Notes under the pieces: model-generated
The model's input: the letters and a program-made list of their open reading frames with translations, nothing else
What the model was told of the DNA's origin: nothing
Databases searched by the model: none
Made by a program: the position numbers and the translations under genes
Assembly (NCBI GenBank): GCA_036229005.1
Contig: JAZAMN010000034.1
Coordinates: 21,729 to 85,728, forward strand
Direction of reading: 5' to 3'
DNA from: Myxococcota bacterium
Lineage (GTDB): Bacteria; Myxococcota_A; UBA796; CAJQPC01
Length of the DNA stretch: 64,000 bases
Shown: one piece after another, positions 18,966-30,427 of the stretch
Layout of the letters: each line of letters starts with the position of its first letter
How positions within the stretch are numbered: the first letter of the stretch is position 1

Positions 18966-20023
18966 GCTTCACTCTCCTGCACAGCCCGGCGGATCCATCC
19001 CCCCCCGAGCACGCGTTCGTTTCGGTACAAGACCACGGCCTGACCGGGCGCGACGGCCCAGATCGGCTCTTCAAAGGTGACGGTGACCTTGGGGTCGCCG
19101 TCGTCGATCCAGGCAGCGACCTCGCCCCCGTTGTGCCGGATCCGCGCCACGATGCGCTCCCCGGGCTCCGGACGGTCGAACCAGGTCCACCCCTGGGCGA
19201 TCAGCCCCTGGTGCCAGAGACCGTCCGCCCCCCCGACCACAACCCGCCGCGTATCCGCCTCGATGCGCTCGACGTAGAGGCGCCGGGAGCCGGCCACCCG
19301 CAGGCCCCGCCGCTGCCCGACGGTGTAGCGGAAGTAGCCATCGTGCTGCCCCAGCACCCGCCCCTGGGTGTCCACGATGTCCCCGCTGCCGTCCAGATCA
19401 GGGTTCTGCTCCTGGACGAAGCGCGCGTGGTCGTTGTCCGGGATGAAGCAGATATCCTGGCTCTCCGCCTTCTTGGCGGTCACCAGCCCCAACCGCTCCG
19501 CGTGCGCCCGGACCTGGGGCTTGGTCATGCCCCCCAGCGGGAAGCGGGTCTTGGCCAGGGCCTTCTGGCTCATGGGGAAGAGGAAGTAGGTCTGGTCCTT
19601 GTCCCGGTCCACCGCCCGGAGGAGCTGGCCTCCCTCGATCCGGGCATAGTGTCCGGTGGCGAGGCCATCAGCCCCCAGCGCCAGCGAGCGCTCCAGCAGC
19701 ACCCGGAACTTGAGCACGCCATTGCACTGGATGCAGGGGTTGGGGGTGGCGCCGCGGACGTAGGTCTTGGCCAGGTCCTCCATCACCGCCTTGCGGAAGG
19801 CCGTGCGCAGATCCAGCACGTGGAAGGGGATCCCCAGCCGGTCGGCCACAGCCCGGGCGTCCAGCGCATCATCCAGCCCACAGCAGGCACCCGCCCGGTC
19901 CGGGTCCGGGGCGTCGTGGAGCTTCATGTGGACGCCGATCACCTTGTGACCTTGCTCCTGAAGCAGGGCCGCCACCACCGAGGAGTCCACACCGCCGCTC
20001 ATCGCGGCCACCACCGTCGCCAT
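18962..20023 (-). CDS. mnmA: tRNA 2-thiouridylase MnmA (CxxC type)
   Basis: AMSGGVDSS PP-loop, PNPCIQCN, ATGHYAR, KDQTYFL, ESQDICF, TVGQRRGL, APGQ. Confidence 0.96.
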   Translation of the reverse strand: MATVVAAMSGGVDSSVVAALLQEQGHKVIGVHMKLHDAPDPDRAGACCGLDDALDARAVADRLGIPFHVLDLRTAFRKAVMEDLAKTYVRGATPNPCIQCNGVLKFRVLLERSLALGADGLATGHYARIEGGQLLRAVDRDKDQTYFLFPMSQKALAKTRFPLGGMTKPQVRAHAERLGLVTAKKAESQDICFIPDNDHARFVQEQNPDLDGSGDIVDTQGRVLGQHDGYFRYTVGQRRGLRVAGSRRLYVERIEADTRRVVVGGADGLWHQGLIAQGWTWFDRPEPGERIVARIRHNGGEVAAWIDDGDPKVTVTFEEPIWAVAPGQAVVLYRNERVLGGGWIRRAVQESEA

Positions 20024-20024
20024 C

Positions 20025-21098
20025 TCAGCTCCCCTCCAGGCCGCGCAGGCGCCCTACGACCACTCGCAGCGCCTGGATCGCCCGATCGATGTCCTCCCCC
20101 CGCGTGTTCCAACCCAGCGACAGCCGCAGGGCCGAGTGCTCGATGCCCATGGCCAGCAGTACGGAAGAGGCCGATGCCGCGCCGCTCGCGCACGCCGAGC
20201 CCGCAGACGCACAGACGCCCTCCAGGTCCAGCCCCATCACCAGCATGTCCGATGGGAGACCCTCGAACACGACATTGCAGGTGTTCCAGAGCCGCTCGGC
20301 CCCAGCGCCCGTCACTTGGCCGCCGAGCTCGACCACGGCGGCCTCCAGGCGGTCACGGAGGGCCCGCAACTCGGCGCTGTGGGACAGGGTCGCCACCACA
20401 CCGAGGCTCGCGATGGGCGCGGGGTTGAGGGTGCCTGCCCGTCGGCCGCGCTCCTGCCCCCCGCCAAAGGTCTGCGGAGCGGTCTGGACGCCCCTGCGCA
20501 TGATCAGCGCCCCGGCCCCCTTGAGGCCACCGGCCTTGTGCCCGGTCACCGTGATGAGATCCCAGCGCTCGGGGGCGGCGTGGCGACCGATGAGCTGGGC
20601 GCAGTCCAGATGCAGCAGGCAGCCGTGAGCGGCGCAAAGCTCGGCGATCGGGTCGATGTCCTGCAGTACCCCGGTCTCGTTGTTCGCCGCGATCAGCGAG
20701 AGCAGCGCCGCGCCTTCCTGCAGCGCAGCCTCCAGGGCATCCAGGCGCAGGCGCCCCTGGGCGTCCACCGGGAGCACTGCCCCACCGCGCTCCCGGACGG
20801 CCTCGATGACCGAGGGGTGCTCCACCGCGCTGCACAAGACCCGGCCCGGAGTCCCCAGGACCGCCAGGTTGTTGGCCTCCGTCGCACCCGAGGTCAGCAC
20901 GATGTCCTTGGACCGCGCCCCCGCCCACTCGGCGAGCTGCCCGCGTGCCCGCTCGATGGCGGCGTGCGGCGCCCGGCCCAGGCTGTGCGACGACCCGCTG
21001 TTGCCCCAGTGCTCCGTGATGAGCGGCAGCGCGGCCTCCAACACCGCGGGGTGCGGCGGCGAGGTCGCGTTGTGGTCCAGGTAGATGGGCTGGGTCAT
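20025..21098 (-). CDS. iscS: Cysteine desulfurase (IscS/NifS class I)
   Basis: IYLDHNAT, TSGATEANN, ANNETG, GHK PLP lysine, RAGT, SAGSAC catalytic Cys. Adjacent to mnmA. Confidence 0.85.
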   Translation of the reverse strand: MTQPIYLDHNATSPPHPAVLEAALPLITEHWGNSGSSHSLGRAPHAAIERARGQLAEWAGARSKDIVLTSGATEANNLAVLGTPGRVLCSAVEHPSVIEAVRERGGAVLPVDAQGRLRLDALEAALQEGAALLSLIAANNETGVLQDIDPIAELCAAHGCLLHLDCAQLIGRHAAPERWDLITVTGHKAGGLKGAGALIMRRGVQTAPQTFGGGQERGRRAGTLNPAPIASLGVVATLSHSAELRALRDRLEAAVVELGGQVTGAGAERLWNTCNVVFEGLPSDMLVMGLDLEGVCASAGSACASGAASASSVLLAMGIEHSALRLSLGWNTRGEDIDRAIQALRVVVGRLRGLEGS

Positions 21099-21451
21099 CG
21101 GTCGGAGGTGGGCTGGGGTTCGAAGCCGGCGACGTACACTAAGGGCTCCAGAGCGCGTCTGCGGGCAGGACCGATGCCCTTTACCCGCTCCAGCGATGAA
21201 ACCGAAAGGAAAGGCCCCCGACTATCTCTGTCGGAGACGATGCGCCCGGACAGCGCAGGCCCGATGCCCGGGAGCGCCTCCAGCTCCTTGGCGGACGCAG
21301 CGTTCAGGTCCAGCTTCCCGGCCACCACCAGGTCTCTCGCGAAGCGCGTAGGGACCTCGACCGGCGCCGCCGCCACCGCACCACGATGCTGCAGCCCCAG
21401 CGCCCCGAGCAGGCAGAGGATCCCGATTCCCCCCGGCAGAGAAGGCCTCAC
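21095..21451 (-). CDS. ComEA-like helix-hairpin-helix DNA-binding protein
   Basis: LDLNAASAKELEALPGIGP and LERVKGIGP tandem HhH motifs after a hydrophobic N-terminus. Confidence 0.8.
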   Translation of the reverse strand: MRPSLPGGIGILCLLGALGLQHRGAVAAAPVEVPTRFARDLVVAGKLDLNAASAKELEALPGIGPALSGRIVSDRDSRGPFLSVSSLERVKGIGPARRRALEPLVYVAGFEPQPTSDR

Positions 21452-21891
21452 CCCAACGACTCCAGCAAGCCCTGGGCTCTAGGACCAGTCGCGCTCAAGG
21501 TGGCCCGCCGGCCCTCCCCTTCGTCCTGGAGATGGATCTCCAGGTGGTCGGCAGGCAGCACCTCCGGGAAGCGCTCGGCCCACTCGATGAGCGCCACGCC
21601 CTGCTCCATGTGCTCGTCCAACCCCAGCTCCACCAGCTCCTCCGCATCGCAGAGGCGGTACAGGTCCGCGTGCGCGAGGGTCAGGCGGCCGCTGTGCAGG
21701 GCCAGGATGATGAAGGTCGGCGAGCTCACCCGGCCCTGGACCCCAAGCCCCCGGCCAACCCCTTGGGCGAAGGTGGTCTTGCCCCCACCCAGCTCCCCTC
21801 GGAGCGCCACGACGAGGCCCGGATAGGCCAGCTCGGCCACCCGCTGCCCCAGGGCGACGGTGGCCTCCGCGTTCGGAAGATGTATCTGCAT
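21448..21891 (-). CDS. tsaE: tRNA t6A biosynthesis ATPase TsaE
   Basis: LRGELGGGKTTF, VSSPTF, HADLYRL, IEWAE. nnr-tsaE synteny. Start MQIHL at 21891. Confidence 0.93.
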   Translation of the reverse strand: MQIHLPNAEATVALGQRVAELAYPGLVVALRGELGGGKTTFAQGVGRGLGVQGRVSSPTFIILALHSGRLTLAHADLYRLCDAEELVELGLDEHMEQGVALIEWAERFPEVLPADHLEIHLQDEGEGRRATLSATGPRAQGLLESLG

Positions 21892-22059
21892 GGCCCTTGA
21901 ATGCCTGCCCGCGCTCGAAGGGTCAAGGGGGAGCGGCTGTGGGATCCACCAAAGCCCTGGCCACACCGCCTCCCATCTCGGTCTCCCCCATCCCCGACAA
22001 CCCTCCCCCCAGCGAGGTCACGCGATCCCGATCGCAACCGGAGCGCTCCGGGGTGCCCT

Positions 22060-23496
22060 TCAGAGGAGGCGACGCCAGGGGATCAGCGGTCCCCGCTGCT
22101 GAACCGAGGCCAGCGCCGCGGGCAGCTCCAGGGCCAACTCCGAGGCCCGCAGGCCCACGCCAAGCCGCTCCCCTGCCCAGCCATGCACCCAGGCCGCCGC
22201 CGCCATCGCGTCGCCCGCGTTCAAGCCCCGCGCCAGCAGCGCGCCCACCGCACCGGCCAGCACATCGCCGCTCCCCCCGACCGCCAGCTCCGGCCCCCCG
22301 GGCAGGTTGACCCGCAGCGCCCGGTCCAGCACCAGGGTGTGCCGCCCCTTGAGCAGCACGGGCGCGATGCCGCGGAGGGCGCGCACCGCCTCCAGGCGGG
22401 AGGCCTGCACCTCCTGGGCGCTCCAACCCAGGAGGCCACCGGCCTCGCCCGGGTGGGGCGTGATGACGCGCGGGTGCTTGGACGGCTCGGGGGCCTGTCC
22501 CAGCGCGCGGAGGGCGTCGGCATCAAAGATCGCAGGCTGCCGCAACGTTCGCCACAGCTCCCGCATCTCTGCGTCCCGCTGTCGCCCGACTCCAGGCCCG
22601 ACGACCACAGCGTCGGCGCCGCCCGTGTCCATGTCCAGGCGCAGCATGACCTCTGGTGGGAGCAGCGCTCCCAGGCGAGGGAGCGCGGCGGCGGGGGCGT
22701 GGAGCGTGACCAGGCCGGCGCCCATTCCCAGGGCGCCAAGGCAGGTCAGCACCGCAGCGCCAGCCATCTCCAGGCTCCCAGCGACCACCGCGACGCGACC
22801 GCGGCTGGCTTTGTGCTCAGCCTGTCCTCGCTGCGGGAGCAGTGTGCAGAGATCCTGGGCGTCCAGGATCTGGGCGGTGGGGGCGCTGGGTTCGCAGAGG
22901 CCGATCTCGGCTCCCTCCAGGACCCCGCAGAGCCCGGAGGACTCCAGCAGGTGGCCCACCCGGACCGGGCCGAAGAACACGCTGCGCTGGGCCTTGACGG
23001 CTGGGCCCAGGACCCGCCCATCCTCCCCCTGGACGCCGCTGGGCAGATCGACGGCCAGGACGGGCGCGGGGTGGGCATTGATGGCGGCGACGCGCTCTGC
23101 TGGCGCTCTGCTGATGGGCCGATCCAGGCCGGTTCCGAAGAGCGCATCGACGATGACGCTGCAGTCCCCGAGCTCCTGGACAGTGGGGACCCCGTGGGCG
23201 AGGGCCGCCGCGCGCATGGTCTCGCAGTCAGGGCTGCGCGCCCCCTCCCACTCCCAGACCCGCACCGTGAGGCCCCTGCGGTGGAGGTGCCGGGCGATGA
23301 CCCAGCCGTCCCCGCCGTTGTTGCCCCGACCGCAGACCACCGTGACGCCGCCGCTGCAGTCGAAGTGCTCCAGCAGGCTCGCGGTGGCGGCCAGGCCGGC
23401 CTGCTCCATGAGCGCCAAGGAGGGCACGCCCAGGTCCTGAATGCTGCGGCGATCCAGCTCGCGGATCTGCGTGGCGCTCAGGACCGGGAGGCTCAC
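22060..23496 (-). CDS. nnr: Bifunctional NAD(P)H-hydrate epimerase/dehydratase
   Basis: CGRGNNGGDG, DALFGTGL, VDLPSG, DADAL, TPHPGE, GGSGDVLAG. Confidence 0.92.
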   Translation of the reverse strand: MSLPVLSATQIRELDRRSIQDLGVPSLALMEQAGLAATASLLEHFDCSGGVTVVCGRGNNGGDGWVIARHLHRRGLTVRVWEWEGARSPDCETMRAAALAHGVPTVQELGDCSVIVDALFGTGLDRPISRAPAERVAAINAHPAPVLAVDLPSGVQGEDGRVLGPAVKAQRSVFFGPVRVGHLLESSGLCGVLEGAEIGLCEPSAPTAQILDAQDLCTLLPQRGQAEHKASRGRVAVVAGSLEMAGAAVLTCLGALGMGAGLVTLHAPAAALPRLGALLPPEVMLRLDMDTGGADAVVVGPGVGRQRDAEMRELWRTLRQPAIFDADALRALGQAPEPSKHPRVITPHPGEAGGLLGWSAQEVQASRLEAVRALRGIAPVLLKGRHTLVLDRALRVNLPGGPELAVGGSGDVLAGAVGALLARGLNAGDAMAAAAWVHGWAGERLGVGLRASELALELPAALASVQQRGPLIPWRRLL

Positions 23497-24764
23497 GCCA
23501 TGGCCTCGATCGCGGAGGCGGCGAGCTGGGAGAGGGCCTGGGCGTGCCGATCAGCGTCGGCCTGGCTGCGGGCCTCGACCAGGGTGCGGAGCTTGGGCTC
23601 GGTGCCCGAGTAGCGCAGGAAGACGCGGGTGGCGCCGTCCTGCAGGGCCGCCGACTGGGCCTCCGCCAGCCCGGGGATGGTCTCGAGCGGCGGACGGCTG
23701 GCGACCTTGGCGTTGACCAGCGCGCTGGGGTCCGGCACCCAGTCAGCCAAGGCCTCGTGGAGCATGGGGTCCTTCTCCAGCACGCGGAGCGCGGTGAGCA
23801 GGCCGTCTCCAGTGGGGAAGCCTGAGGGGACCAGGATGTGACCGGACGGCTCCCCGCCCACCTGCCAGCGGCGCTCCAGCATTGCGCTCGAGACCTGGCG
23901 GTCCCCCACCCCGGCCCGGATGAAGGGGATCTTCTCTTCGCCCAGGCGGCGCTCCAGGGCGGCGTTGCTCATGACCGTGCCCACGACCCCCTGGGGGTGC
24001 CGCAGCATCCACAGGATGGCGTCGCCGTCGAGGATGCGGCCGTTTCGGTCGATGAGGACGCAGCGGTCGGCGTCCCCGTCCAGGCAGATGCCCAGATCGC
24101 AGCCCTCGTCCACCACGACCTTCGCGAGCACCTCGGGGTGGACCGCGCCCAGGCCCTCGTTGATGTTCCGGCCATCGGGCTCGATGCCGATGGCGTGGAC
24201 CTTCGCGCCCAGGCGACGAAGCATCTCGGGCGCGCTGCGGAAGGCCGCCCCGTTGGCGCAGTCGACGGCGATCTTGAGGTCGTGCAGCCAGAGCCCGCGG
24301 ACCTCTGACTCGACGATGCGCAGGTAGTCCTCGAGGCCGTCATCGCGGCTGCGGACGCGCAGGGTGGCGCCCCAGCTCCAACTGCTGTCGTCGGTGCCGG
24401 CCTCGATGCGGCGCTCCTGATCCGGGCTGGGCTTGCGCCCGCTGGAGAGCAGGACCTTGACCCCGTTGTCGTGCCAGGGGTTGTGGCTCGCGGTGATCGC
24501 GACGCCGCCCACGCCCTTGCCGTCCGCGAGCATCGCGCTCAGCGCCGGGGTCGGGAGCACGCCGAGGTCCATGACCTCACCACCCAGGCCGTTGGCGAGG
24601 GCCTCCACCAGCTCCGGGCCGCTCTCGCGGGTGTCCCGGACGATGAACACCGCGCCGTCGCCGTAGAAGTTCCGGAGCGAGCCGCCCAGTCCCCGCAGGA
24701 CGCTTGGAGTCAGCGGGGGCTCGCCCACGCGTCCACGGACGCCATCGGTGCCAAAGAGCTTCAT
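23493..24764 (-). CDS. glmM: Phosphoglucosamine mutase
   Basis: LFGTDGVRG, TASHNP phosphoserine, DGDADR metal loop, RYSGTEP. Follows cdaA-cdaR. Confidence 0.9.
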   Translation of the reverse strand: MKLFGTDGVRGRVGEPPLTPSVLRGLGGSLRNFYGDGAVFIVRDTRESGPELVEALANGLGGEVMDLGVLPTPALSAMLADGKGVGGVAITASHNPWHDNGVKVLLSSGRKPSPDQERRIEAGTDDSSWSWGATLRVRSRDDGLEDYLRIVESEVRGLWLHDLKIAVDCANGAAFRSAPEMLRRLGAKVHAIGIEPDGRNINEGLGAVHPEVLAKVVVDEGCDLGICLDGDADRCVLIDRNGRILDGDAILWMLRHPQGVVGTVMSNAALERRLGEEKIPFIRAGVGDRQVSSAMLERRWQVGGEPSGHILVPSGFPTGDGLLTALRVLEKDPMLHEALADWVPDPSALVNAKVASRPPLETIPGLAEAQSAALQDGATRVFLRYSGTEPKLRTLVEARSQADADRHAQALSQLAASAIEAMA

Positions 24765-25726
24765 TGTGACAGGGGCTCCACGTTGATCTTGGGGGGTTCA
24801 AGGGCCGTGACGACCAGGTCTTCGCCGCCGGGATGCACGACCTCCAGCCGCGCGCCGCTGGAGTTCAAGCCGACCTCCAGCGTCTCCCAGGGCTGCTCCG
24901 ATGGCAGGACCACCATCACGGTGAGCGCGTCCAGCTCCAGGGCCTGGAGGTCGGCGACAGGACCCTCCAGGACGACGCTCACCCGCTTGGTCTGGCTCTC
25001 CCAGCCCGGGTCCCTGCAGACTACCGGAACGTCCGTGAAGGTGCGCGTCGAGTTCAGCGCTTCGATGCGAAGCTCCGCGCTCACCGGGCCCGGGTAGGCC
25101 ATCCGGAGAGGATCGGGCAGGTCCAGTGAGACCTTCCGCGTGGCGCCCGCGGTGAGTCCATCCAAGACCAGCGCGCGCGTGACCACGCGGTCCAGCTTCT
25201 CGACCGCGGACTCCGGCCCGACGATCTCGACGCTCGGGGGGTCCAGCACGACCTCGGCCAGGCGGAAGCCCTTGGCGGGGCTGCCGACGACCACCGGCTC
25301 CAGGCGAACGGGCCGACTGGCCTCCGGCTCGAGCTCGACCTGCAGGCTGTTGGGCTTGAGGGCCATCACGGCGATGCCCTCGGGGAGCCCCTGGATGGGC
25401 GTGTCCACGAAGTCCACGCTCTGCTTTCCCGGGCCGAGCTCGGACAGATCCACCGACAACGACAGGTCGCGCCGCTCCAGGGCCCGCGTCAGGTTCTGAG
25501 GGCCGTTGACGGTCACGCGCACGCGCTTGGCGGGGGTCTGCGTGAGCACGAGGCCTTCGGGGAGCTGGTACTCCACCTGAGCCCAGGCCGACGCCGGTAG
25601 CACGCGCTCGCCCTGGATCCAGGTCCAGGCCAGCACCGCCAGCGCGCCGGTGAGCAGCTTCCAGCCCAGGTTCTCCAGGAAGAGGTCCCGGATGAAGCGG
25701 CGCAGGCCCTTGCGATCCCGGCTCAT
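24761..25726 (-). CDS. cdaR: CdaR/YbbR-like diadenylate cyclase regulator
   Basis: NLGWKLL N-terminal TM and repeated YbbR domains (V.V.V.GP; G.PA.GF...P..VEI.GPES). Lies between cdaA and glmM. Confidence 0.85.
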   Translation of the reverse strand: MSRDRKGLRRFIRDLFLENLGWKLLTGALAVLAWTWIQGERVLPASAWAQVEYQLPEGLVLTQTPAKRVRVTVNGPQNLTRALERRDLSLSVDLSELGPGKQSVDFVDTPIQGLPEGIAVMALKPNSLQVELEPEASRPVRLEPVVVGSPAKGFRLAEVVLDPPSVEIVGPESAVEKLDRVVTRALVLDGLTAGATRKVSLDLPDPLRMAYPGPVSAELRIEALNSTRTFTDVPVVCRDPGWESQTKRVSVVLEGPVADLQALELDALTVMVVLPSEQPWETLEVGLNSSGARLEVVHPGGEDLVVTALEPPKINVEPLSQ

Positions 25727-26529
25727 GCGCGCCCCCAGCTCCAGCCCTTGGAGCGCGTCCCGGGCTGGAAGATGCTCTGGAGCTGCTCACGGAGGGCGTT
25801 GGTGTCGGACACAGGCGTGAGGGCGCCCTGATGGACCAGGCTGACGGTTCCGCGCTCTTCGGAGACCACGAGCACGACGGCATCGGTCTCCTCGCTGAGG
25901 CCCAGAGCCGCCCGATGGCGGGTTCCGAAGTAGCGGGCGATGTCCTGGGTGAGGGACAGAGGGAGGAACACCTTTGCTGCGCTCATCCTCCCCTTCTGCA
26001 CCACCAGAGCACCATCGTGCAGGGGCGAGGTGGGGTGGAAGATGCTGACGAGGAGATCCTGGCTCAGCACGGCGTCCAGGCGGTGGCCCGACTGCACCAG
26101 CTCGTCCAGGGAAGCGTCCCGCTCCAGCACCACGAGCGCGCCGATGCGGCGGCTGGCCAGGGCGAACACGGCCTGCACCAGCTCCTCGGAGATCTGGGTC
26201 CCCTCCCCGCCTCCGAAGCCGGAGAAGAAGCCCCCGCCAGCGCGGGCCAGCCCCCGGCGGATGTCGTTCTGGAAGAGGATCAGCACGGCGAGCACGATGT
26301 AGACAAAGAACTTGTCCAGCAGCCAGCCCACCGCGTAGAGCTGCACGCGCTGAGAGAGCGCGTAGAGACCCGCGAGGCCCACAAGGCCGATCAGCGACTG
26401 CAGCGCCCGGGTGCCCTTGAGGATCTTGAAGATCCGGTAGGCGATGAACCAGATGAGCAGGATGTCGATGCCATCCCGCAGGCTGATGTCCCACAGGACG
26501 GTGCCCTGCAGCCACTGGATCAGGCCCAT
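25723..26529 (-). CDS. cdaA: Diadenylate cyclase CdaA
   Basis: Three N-terminal TMs, KGTRA, PLHDGA, GTRHRAALG, VSEERG DAC motifs. Confidence 0.94.
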   Translation of the reverse strand: MGLIQWLQGTVLWDISLRDGIDILLIWFIAYRIFKILKGTRALQSLIGLVGLAGLYALSQRVQLYAVGWLLDKFFVYIVLAVLILFQNDIRRGLARAGGGFFSGFGGGEGTQISEELVQAVFALASRRIGALVVLERDASLDELVQSGHRLDAVLSQDLLVSIFHPTSPLHDGALVVQKGRMSAAKVFLPLSLTQDIARYFGTRHRAALGLSEETDAVVLVVSEERGTVSLVHQGALTPVSDTNALREQLQSIFQPGTRSKGWSWGRA

Positions 26530-27302
26530 GCGCCCGCCTCCAGGACCCGCAGGAGCTGGCGGGTCTGGGCGATGTCGTGCACCCGCAGCACCTGGGCCCC
26601 GGCCTTGTAGGCGAGCGCGGCCGCGGCGAGGGAGCCCCCCAGGCGCTGGTCCGCAGGGCAGTCCCCGGCGATCTCGGCGATGAAGCGCTTGCGGGAGGCT
26701 CCGACATAGAGCGGAACCCCCAGATCCAGCTCTGGCAGGCGCCGGAGCAGCTCCAGGTTGCCCTGGGTCGACTTGCCGAAGCCGATGCCCGGGTCGGCCC
26801 AGATCTCCTGCACCCCTGCGGCCTGCAGCGCCTGGATCGGCGGCCGGAGGAAGTCCCGGACCGCGCCCAGCAGGTCCGCGTAGTCGGTGTCGCGCTGCAT
26901 GGTCTGGGGCTCACCGCGCATGTGCATCACGACCGCCCCCGCGCCGTGCTCCGCCGCCAGCTCCACCATGCGCGGGTCCCGGAAGCCGCTGATGTCGTTG
27001 AGCACCACAGCCCCGGCACGCAGCGCCTCGCTGGCGACCTGATGCCTGCGGGTGTCGATGCTCACCGGGATGCCGGCATCGGTGAGGGCGGCGACCACAG
27101 GCACCACCCGCCGCAGCTCCTCCTCCACCGGGACCGGCTCAGCCCCTGGACGCGTGCTCTCTCCACCCACGTCCACCCAGTCGGCGCCCTCCTCCCGCAG
27201 CTTCAGCCCGCGCGCGATGGCCCGCTGGGGGTCCAGGTAGCGCCCCCCGTCCGAGAAGGAGTCGGGGGTCAGGTTCAGGATGCCGGCCAAGCGGGGGATC
27301 AC
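26520..27302 (-). CDS. folP: Dihydropteroate synthase
   Basis: GILNLTPDSFSDGG, GGESTRPG, DPGIGFGK, SRKRF, RVHD. Confidence 0.96.
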   Translation of the reverse strand: MIPRLAGILNLTPDSFSDGGRYLDPQRAIARGLKLREEGADWVDVGGESTRPGAEPVPVEEELRRVVPVVAALTDAGIPVSIDTRRHQVASEALRAGAVVLNDISGFRDPRMVELAAEHGAGAVVMHMRGEPQTMQRDTDYADLLGAVRDFLRPPIQALQAAGVQEIWADPGIGFGKSTQGNLELLRRLPELDLGVPLYVGASRKRFIAEIAGDCPADQRLGGSLAAAALAYKAGAQVLRVHDIAQTRQLLRVLEAGAWA

Positions 27303-27329
27303 GCCAGGATCCTACCCGCTCAGGCGGGC

Positions 27330-29171
<1,842 letters not shown>

Positions 29172-29197
29172 GCAGAGCGCTCCAAGGTCAACGGATC

Positions 29198-30397
29198 CTA
29201 TAGCGTCCAAAGGTAGGGGCCACCACCGCGCGGCGAAGCCTGCGGGTCGGGCTGTAGACGGACCTGGATCCCCTTCGGATCCTGGCCCTCGAAGGCGAGT
29301 CCCGCCAGCCAGCGCTGGTCGGCGACCTCGACGATCGGGTGGTAGGGCCGCAGACTGACGGGCACGCCGCCCTCCCGCAGCAGGTCCACCACCCGGCGCG
29401 CGCCGATCCGCTCCCCAGGCCGGTAGGGCCGCAGGGTCACCGAGGCGGTGGCGTCCAGGGACCAGAGCCCCCAGCGCCCGCGACGCAGGTCTCTTTGGGT
29501 CGGAGGGGCTGGGAGGCAGCGCAGCAGGCCGTCCCCACCCACGAGCCGCCATCCATCCCCCAACTCCAACACCCCCTTGGTGCCGTCGAGGTGCGTCGTG
29601 GCCGCGTCCAGCCAGGCCGCCGAGACCTCCCGGCTGTGCCCCCGGCTGCGCTCCACCAGCAGGACCAGGGCCCGCCGCTGCAGCGCCGGGTGGGCCTGGG
29701 AGAAGGCCTGAGCGTCGATCCCCTGGGGGCCCAGGAGCTGGGCTGCGAGCCCACTGAGCAGGTCTTCGTCCTGAGCCATCAGGCGGGCGCTGCGCGCGAT
29801 CGCGGCAGCGGCCCCGGGGCGACGCTCGGTCAGCGCGGGCAGCACACGGTGGCGGATGGCGCCGCGGGTGCCCTTGCGGTTGGAGGGGTCTTCCATCCAG
29901 CTCAGACCTTGGGCGCGCGCGAAGGCCAGCAACTCGTCACGACGAACGCCGAGCAGGGGCCGGAGCAGCTTGCCGCGGCGGGCGGGGATGCCGCTGAGAC
30001 CGCGGGTGGAGGCGCCCCGAGCGAGGCGATCGATGACCGTCTCAGCCTGATCATCCAGGTGGTGGGCCAGGAGGACGTGGTCCACGGCCAACGAGTCCCA
30101 GACCGCCAGCCTGGCCTCGCGGGCGCGCTGAGCGAGATTGGGGCCCGCAGGGAGCTTCAAGCACCGACCCGAGAAGGTGAGCCCCAGTGTGGCGGCCTGC
30201 CGAGCGACCTCCTCCCCTTCCCTGGCGGACTCCGGCCGCAGCCCGTGGTCCAGGTGCACCACCAGCGGGTGAAGGCCAGCCTGGGCGCACAGGTGCATCA
30301 GGCAGATCGAGTCGACCCCGCCCGAGACCCCCACCGCCAGGCTCGGGCCGGGCTCAAGCGCCGCGAGGGCGGATTTGAATGTCTCCAGGAGCGCCAC
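29198..30397 (-). CDS. tilS: tRNA(Ile)-lysidine synthetase
   Basis: GVSGGVDS, HLDHGLR, AHHLDDQAET, RPLL, EDPSN. tilS-ftsH synteny. Confidence 0.92.
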   Translation of the reverse strand: MALLETFKSALAALEPGPSLAVGVSGGVDSICLMHLCAQAGLHPLVVHLDHGLRPESAREGEEVARQAATLGLTFSGRCLKLPAGPNLAQRAREARLAVWDSLAVDHVLLAHHLDDQAETVIDRLARGASTRGLSGIPARRGKLLRPLLGVRRDELLAFARAQGLSWMEDPSNRKGTRGAIRHRVLPALTERRPGAAAAIARSARLMAQDEDLLSGLAAQLLGPQGIDAQAFSQAHPALQRRALVLLVERSRGHSREVSAAWLDAATTHLDGTKGVLELGDGWRLVGGDGLLRCLPAPPTQRDLRRGRWGLWSLDATASVTLRPYRPGERIGARRVVDLLREGGVPVSLRPYHPIVEVADQRWLAGLAFEGQDPKGIQVRLQPDPQASPRGGGPYLWTL

Positions 30398-30427
30398 GCA
30401 GAGCAGGTGGGCACCAGCGCCGCGGGG

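Noticed and set aside
21095..21451. Competence locus
   Set aside because: A lone short ComEA-like HhH gene, with no comEC, pilus or dprA genes in the window.
21923..21991. Small peptide ORF MGETEMGGGVARALVDPTAAPP upstream of tsaE
   Set aside because: No supporting features beyond a G-rich upstream run. It overlaps a hairpin and the putative -35 box, and cannot be supported.
29172..29552. N-terminal extensions in the ORF track for ftsH (also asd, xerD, mutS, cmk, tsaE, plsX, lpdA, HEAT-PPIase)
   Set aside because: They overlap upstream genes. Homology, SD or -10 signals and stop/start overlaps point to the downstream starts used here.
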